From positions 1,430-65,429 of the forward strand of contig JAMDAS010000017.1 in NCBI GenBank assembly GCA_023484085.1: a stretch of 64,000 bases of DNA, written 5' to 3'. The position numbers and the translations under genes are program-made. This stretch comes from Candidatus Omnitrophota bacterium. Lineage in GTDB: Bacteria; Ratteibacteria; UBA8468; B48-G9; DTJG01. Under the pieces are notes generated by a model. It worked only from the letters and a program-made list of their open reading frames with translations, was not told where the DNA came from and searched no databases. Shown here one piece after another: positions 59,469-64,000 of this stretch (the stretch's first letter is position 1; the number at the start of each line of letters is the position of its first letter).

Positions 59469-59891
59469 ATGGGAAAGAAATTAGGATTTTTTATACCGGA
59501 ACTCTGGAGGCATATTTTTAAAAAACCGGCAACGGTTGACTATCCTTTTGAAAAGCTCAAAGTACCAAAAGGATTCAGAGGTTTACCGGTATTAAACACG
59601 GAATTATGTATTGTATGCAAAGCCTGTGAAAGGGATTGTCCTGCTGAAGCCATTGAAATCAGAACTATTTTGGAAGAAGAAAAAAAATTCCAGATGACCA
59701 TTCATAATGACAGATGTGTACATTGCGGCCAGTGTGCAGACGTATGTCCTACAAATGCCATGACACTAAACAATGAATTTGAACTGTCTGAGCCTTCACG
59801 ATGGAATATGAAGTTTAGATATGCATATACAAGACAATTAAGAAAAAAATCTGATAGGAACGTAGATGAAAAAGATAAAGAAATATTATAA
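59469..59891 (+). CDS. NuoI-like 2x[4Fe-4S] ferredoxin subunit (MbhN/EchF homologue)
   Basis: CIVCKACERDCP and CVHCGQCADVCP motifs. Start at MGKKLGFF after GGAAAGGAG. The ORF-track start at 59361 is inside the repeat. Confidence 0.8.
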   Translation: MGKKLGFFIPELWRHIFKKPATVDYPFEKLKVPKGFRGLPVLNTELCIVCKACERDCPAEAIEIRTILEEEKKFQMTIHNDRCVHCGQCADVCPTNAMTLNNEFELSEPSRWNMKFRYAYTRQLRKKSDRNVDEKDKEIL

Positions 59892-59958
59892 TATCAGTAA
59901 TATTTGTTCATTATTTCACAAAGTATATTTTTTTATAAAAAAATTTATTTATTAAAAA

Positions 59959-59988
59959 ATTTGACAAAATAAAATATAGTGTTAAAAT
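59959..59988 (+). promoter_or_regulatory. Promoter-like box ATTTGACAAAATAAAATATAGTGTTAAAAT upstream of hydrogenase module 2
   Basis: Near-identical to the box at 49646..49676. Confidence 0.45.
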
Positions 59989-60123
59989 TAAAATTAACAA
60001 TCTGAATTACCCTTGATAATTCAGATATAAAAGACTTATGGCAGTGAATGCAACATAAAAGTAAAAACAGATAATTTTTAAAAAAAATAAATTTTTTTAG
60101 ATATATTGTGAGTGTGTTCACAA

Positions 60124-61215
60124 ATGGATACATATTTCATAAATAAAAAAGAATGGAATAAATATATCGGGGAAAAAAGTGCGGAAATAAAAACTTATGC
60201 TCCATATGAAAGTACTGAACCTCTGCTCTCAAATGGAACACAATTTGTAAAAACGGACAACAACCAATCTTCCTCACTGTTTTGGAAAACAGTTAATCCT
60301 GAAAATGTTGATAATGTAGTCTATGACAGGATGCATCCTGTTGCACCATTAAAGATTTTTTTCTTTCCATTCAAGGAGAGAATACTTCCTGCAATAGGCA
60401 ATGTAGAACCTTTTATCATTATTGGGGCAACAAACTGCGACCTTCTTGCACTTGATACAACAGATAAGGTTTTCATAAACAATGATTATAAAGACCCGAC
60501 ATATGGTTTGAGGAGAGAACAAGCCACCATTATCTCCATTGACTGCCAGAAACCCGATGAATATTGTTTTTGTGAGTTATGGGGCAACAGAACATACCCT
60601 GAGAAGAACTTTGACCTGAATCTTACATATATGGAAGATGGTTTTATTGTGGAAATCGGCTCAGAAAAAGGTGAAAAAATAATCAGGGGGATTGCTAAAA
60701 AGGAAAAGACTGCTGAGAACAGTATGAAAATCAGGGAATCTATCAGAAAACAAACAAAAAATATTGTCCAGGCAAATAATTCTAAATATAAATTATGTGA
60801 AATGGGACACATAAGAAATGACATACCCGCCTGCATGGAAAATAAGATTGAATCCCCCGGATGGAAATCAGGGGCATTTGACTGCGTCCAGTGTGGAGCA
60901 TGTAACGCATCCTGTCCTACATGTGTATGTTTTTTACTTGAAGATTTTAGTTCACGGGTGTCTTTTTCAAAGACAAAAATATGGGACTATTGTCTTTATC
61001 AGTCTTATGCAAAAATGGCATCAGGTGTTTCCCCCAGGTCGCTTTTATGGGAAAGGTATGCCAACAGGCTTCTCTGTAAATACAGGTACATGGTAAAGAA
61101 TTTGGGAATAGTGGGCTGTACCGGATGCGGCAGATGTATTTCAGGCTGCCCCGGGAAAATAGATAAAAGAAAAATTCTTGAAGAGGTATTTAAAGAAAAT
61201 GGAGAATATATATAA
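60124..61215 (+). CDS. Fe-S subunit, sulfhydrogenase beta (HydB)/anaerobic sulfite reductase AsrA-like
   Basis: CVQCGACNASCPTC and CTGCGRCISGCP ferredoxin-type motifs plus additional Cys (CQKPDEYCFC). ~360 aa. Confidence 0.6.
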   Translation: MDTYFINKKEWNKYIGEKSAEIKTYAPYESTEPLLSNGTQFVKTDNNQSSSLFWKTVNPENVDNVVYDRMHPVAPLKIFFFPFKERILPAIGNVEPFIIIGATNCDLLALDTTDKVFINNDYKDPTYGLRREQATIISIDCQKPDEYCFCELWGNRTYPEKNFDLNLTYMEDGFIVEIGSEKGEKIIRGIAKKEKTAENSMKIRESIRKQTKNIVQANNSKYKLCEMGHIRNDIPACMENKIESPGWKSGAFDCVQCGACNASCPTCVCFLLEDFSSRVSFSKTKIWDYCLYQSYAKMASGVSPRSLLWERYANRLLCKYRYMVKNLGIVGCTGCGRCISGCPGKIDKRKILEEVFKENGEYI

Positions 61216-62029
61216 ACCGGTAAAATGCGAGGTTTCAGACGTTTTTAAGGAATCATCCACTATAAAAACAGTACGTCTTACACCCGTGGAGCAGTTTTCT
61301 TTCCAGGCGGGCCAGTTTATTTCTTTTACTGTCCCTGGAGTCGGGGAAGCTCCTTTTACACCGTCTTCTTCCCCTTTTGAAAAAAATTATATTGATGTAA
61401 CCGTCATGAAAACAGGCAGGGTAACAGGTGCAATCCATGAACTTAAAAAGGGGGATATAACAGGTATAAGAGGACCCTATGGGAAGCCCTACCCTCTTGA
61501 AAAATTTAACAATAAGAATATTTTGCTTGTAGGCGGAGGTGTAGGTCTTGCTCCTCTTCGTGCTTTATTTTATGCACTTGTTGAAACACTTGATAACTAT
61601 AAATCCATTGTTTTTTGCTGTGGAGCAAAAACACCTGATGACTTTATCTTTAAACAGGAGGTTTTTGAAACCTGGCTGTCAGAAAAATGGCTTTCATCCA
61701 GGGGGCAGGTTTGTTTCCGTATTACCGTTGATAAAAAAGACGCAGGATGGAATTACGGCGATGGTGTGGTAACAAAAACACTCGACGGATTGCCCTGCAG
61801 CCCGGAAAATGCCATCGTATGCGGACCTCCCATTATGATGAAGTTTACGACACTGAAACTGTTGGATGTGGGATATAAACCTGAAAATATTTATCTGTCA
61901 ATGGAAAGAAAGATGTATTGTGCAATCGGCCAGTGCAGGCATTGTCTTATCGGAGACAAGTTTGTGTGCAAAGACGGACCTGTGTTTACGTACGAGGAAA
62001 TAAAAGGACAGCCAAAAATATGGGCATAA
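61199..62029 (+). CDS. FAD/NAD(P)H-binding [2Fe-2S] oxidoreductase subunit, sulfhydrogenase gamma (HydG)/AsrB/PyrK-like
   Basis: Ferredoxin-reductase-type FAD domain (RLTPVEQFSFQAGQFISF), NAD(P)-binding LLVGGGVGLAPL, C-terminal 2Fe-2S CAIGQCRHC...C. Alternative start at 61178. Confidence 0.65.
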   Translation: MENIYKPVKCEVSDVFKESSTIKTVRLTPVEQFSFQAGQFISFTVPGVGEAPFTPSSSPFEKNYIDVTVMKTGRVTGAIHELKKGDITGIRGPYGKPYPLEKFNNKNILLVGGGVGLAPLRALFYALVETLDNYKSIVFCCGAKTPDDFIFKQEVFETWLSEKWLSSRGQVCFRITVDKKDAGWNYGDGVVTKTLDGLPCSPENAIVCGPPIMMKFTTLKLLDVGYKPENIYLSMERKMYCAIGQCRHCLIGDKFVCKDGPVFTYEEIKGQPKIWA

Positions 62030-62078
62030 TGAATTCATAACAATGCAAGAAATAGATTAAAAGAAGTAGTGAAACAAG

Positions 62079-62570
62079 ATGAAAAAATTATACATAGATT
62101 ACGAAAAATGTCAGTCATGTCCAAAGTGTGTTGTAAATTGCAGATATCCATATCACCCGGATAACAATGGAATAAAATATCTGCATGAGCTTATATCCTT
62201 TGAGTTTGTCTGCCGCAGGTGTAAGGACCATCCATGTGTAAATGCATGTGTTTATAATGCCCTGAAAAGAGAAAATGATGTTATCGTGAGAAGCAAATTA
62301 AGGTGCGTTTCATGTAAAAGCTGTGCCATGGCATGTCCATTTGGCACAATATTTTATGATTCAATACCATATATCGTAAGTAATTGCGATTTCTGTATTG
62401 AAAACCTGCAGACTGAGCAATTGCCTTTATGCGCAAAGAAATGCCCTGAATACGCAATAAGGTATATAGATGAGGAAGAAATAAAAAATGAGAAATATCT
62501 TGAAAGACTTGGACAGCATCTTATCGTAAAGGTGTTTAACTGGCTCAAATTCCAGGAAATAAAAAAATGA
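62079..62570 (+). CDS. Polyferredoxin (HycB-like, ~4 [4Fe-4S] motifs)
   Basis: CQSCPKCVVNC, CRRCKDHPCVNAC, CVSCKSCAMACP, CDFC...CAKKCP. Confidence 0.7.
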   Translation: MKKLYIDYEKCQSCPKCVVNCRYPYHPDNNGIKYLHELISFEFVCRRCKDHPCVNACVYNALKRENDVIVRSKLRCVSCKSCAMACPFGTIFYDSIPYIVSNCDFCIENLQTEQLPLCAKKCPEYAIRYIDEEEIKNEKYLERLGQHLIVKVFNWLKFQEIKK

Positions 62571-63472
62571 ATATTTTAAACGTTGTTCTATTGTCTATCG
62601 TATGGTCTATTTTTCTTATAGCAGCTGGATTGCTTATACTTGGAGTTGAAAGAAAAATTACGGCAAGACTGCAGTGGCGGGTCGGACCACCATGGTGGCA
62701 GAATTTTACTGATATTATAAAACTTTCAGCCAAGGAAACGTCCATACCTGAACGTGCGAACAGGTTTATTTTTATTTTTGCCCCGATTGTTTCTTTTTTG
62801 GGAGCACTTGCTGCAGGCGTTATCATAATTTTTTCTCTTCTGTATGGAATAAGTTTCCGGGGAGACTTGATTACCGTTATTTTTCTTTTGACATTACCGT
62901 ATTCAGGTCTTATTCTTGGCGGCAGTTCTTCAGGAAATGCTCTCGCCTCTGTGGGCTCATCAAGAGCGCTTAAACTCACTCTTGCCTGTGAACTACCCTT
63001 TATTGCATCGCTGGTTCTGATTATTTTAAAATCAAATCTTTCAACGTCTATCTATAATATCGTGAACATGCAAAAAAATACGGGCATTAATTTCTTCTCA
63101 GTATCAGGGTTCATTGCATTTTTTGTAGCATTCTGGGGAAGCATAGGAAAACTCGGGATTGTCCCTTTTGACCTTGCTGAAGCGGATACGGAAATTGCAG
63201 GAGGGGCACTTTTTGAATATTCGGGAATTCTTCTTGGCTTTTTCAAACTGACAAAAGCTGTTTTGTTTATCGTGGTACCACTTTTACTCATTGCATCTTT
63301 TTTTGGAAGTTTTAACGTATTGGCATGGATTTTGGAATATCTTGTCATATTTTTACTCCTGATTATCGTAAAAAATACGAATCCAAGACTCAGGATTGAC
63401 CAGTCGCTTCGTTTTTTCTGGAAAGTAATAATAATACTTATAATTGCAAGTTTTGTTTTTATGAAAATATAA
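62567..63472 (+). CDS. NuoH-like membrane subunit, second copy
   Basis: LGVERKITARLQWRVGPPWWQNFTDIIKL N-terminal region of the NuoH/HycD family. Confidence 0.75.
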   Translation: MNILNVVLLSIVWSIFLIAAGLLILGVERKITARLQWRVGPPWWQNFTDIIKLSAKETSIPERANRFIFIFAPIVSFLGALAAGVIIIFSLLYGISFRGDLITVIFLLTLPYSGLILGGSSSGNALASVGSSRALKLTLACELPFIASLVLIILKSNLSTSIYNIVNMQKNTGINFFSVSGFIAFFVAFWGSIGKLGIVPFDLAEADTEIAGGALFEYSGILLGFFKLTKAVLFIVVPLLLIASFFGSFNVLAWILEYLVIFLLLIIVKNTNPRLRIDQSLRFFWKVIIILIIASFVFMKI

Positions 63473-63473
63473 A

Positions 63474-63890
63474 ATGAATATTAAAACAAGAGCTTTAAAA
63501 AAATCCTTGTGGGTATATCATCTTTCCACTGGTTCATGTAACAATTGCGACATAGAGATTCTTGATTGTCTCAGTCCAAGATTTGACATTGAAAGGTTCG
63601 GGATGGTTCTTGTGGGAAGTCCAAAGCATGCAGACGTTCTTCTTATAACAGGTATCGTAACAAAAAAGAACCTTGAAAGAGTAAAAGAGGTTTACCATGA
63701 GACACCAAAACCTTGTTTTGTCGTTGCCGTAGGAACATGCGCCTGCTCAGGAAATATGTTCAGGTCTGGATATAATATGGCAGGACCGCTAAAAAACGTT
63801 ATTCCCGTAGACGTTTTTATACCGGGATGCCCTCCCGGTCCTGCAGCAATAATATCAGCCGTAGTAAAACTTTTAAATAAACTGAAGTGA
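63474..63890 (+). CDS. [NiFe] hydrogenase group 4 small subunit (NuoB homologue), second copy
   Basis: TGSCNNCDIE, GTCACSG, PGCPPGP. Confidence 0.8.
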   Translation: MNIKTRALKKSLWVYHLSTGSCNNCDIEILDCLSPRFDIERFGMVLVGSPKHADVLLITGIVTKKNLERVKEVYHETPKPCFVVAVGTCACSGNMFRSGYNMAGPLKNVIPVDVFIPGCPPGPAAIISAVVKLLNKLK

Positions 63891-63907
63891 GGAGAATAAG
63901 GAAAAAT

Positions 63908-64000
63908 ATGAAACTTAACGTTTTGCTAAAAGAAAATTTAGGGAATATGGTGAAAAAGTTTGAAGAGCCTGCTGATAAAAGAATATATATCACAATTGAC
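63908..64000 (+). CDS. NuoC-like subunit, second copy, 3' end beyond window
   Basis: ATG after GGAGAATAAGGA. Position after the NuoB homologue mirrors module 1. Only 31 aa visible. Confidence 0.4.
   Translation, partial: MKLNVLLKENLGNMVKKFEEPADKRIYITID

Overview
AT-rich bacterial chromosome segment, apparently from an anaerobe. Most of it is housekeeping genes on both strands. Identified genes include cbiA (5' end cut by the window edge), tRNA-Val, pdaD-speB for polyamine synthesis, alr, pyrF, rny, serA, rpoD, dnaG, an archaeal-type PEP carboxylase, the rpmH-rnpA-yidD-yidC cluster, rnc, lnt, an oxidative-stress cluster (ferritin-like, flavodiiron protein, rubredoxin, rubrerythrin-like), panDC, folK and purB. 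Glycoside hydrolases are scattered through the window (GH38, GH95, GH20-like and a large GH-like protein). The 3' third (49.8-64.0 kb) holds two tandem [NiFe] group-4 hydrogenase gene clusters. Module 1 is a complete 11-subunit complex-I-like set: three antiporter-like subunits plus NuoJ/K/A/B/C/H/I homologues and a NuoD-like large subunit that keeps both Ni-binding Cys motifs. Module 2 begins with sulfhydrogenase-type NAD(P)H/FAD/Fe-S subunits (HydB/AsrA-like, HydG/PyrK-like) and a polyferredoxin, followed by NuoH/B/C homologues running off the window. Both modules sit behind near-identical promoter-like boxes. Module 1 carries three copies of a ~160-bp highly structured intergenic repeat. 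Other points of note are a minimal beta-carbonic-anhydrase-like ORF directly upstream of the PEP carboxylase, a perfect in-frame 99-bp tandem duplication inside the dnaG TOPRIM motif, and a decayed mobile island next to tRNA-Ala (att-like repeat, degraded R-M system, toxin-antitoxin module flanked by 46-bp direct repeats). Three further TA pairs (BrnTA, HigBA, gp49/XRE) and a scar region of gene remnants are also present.
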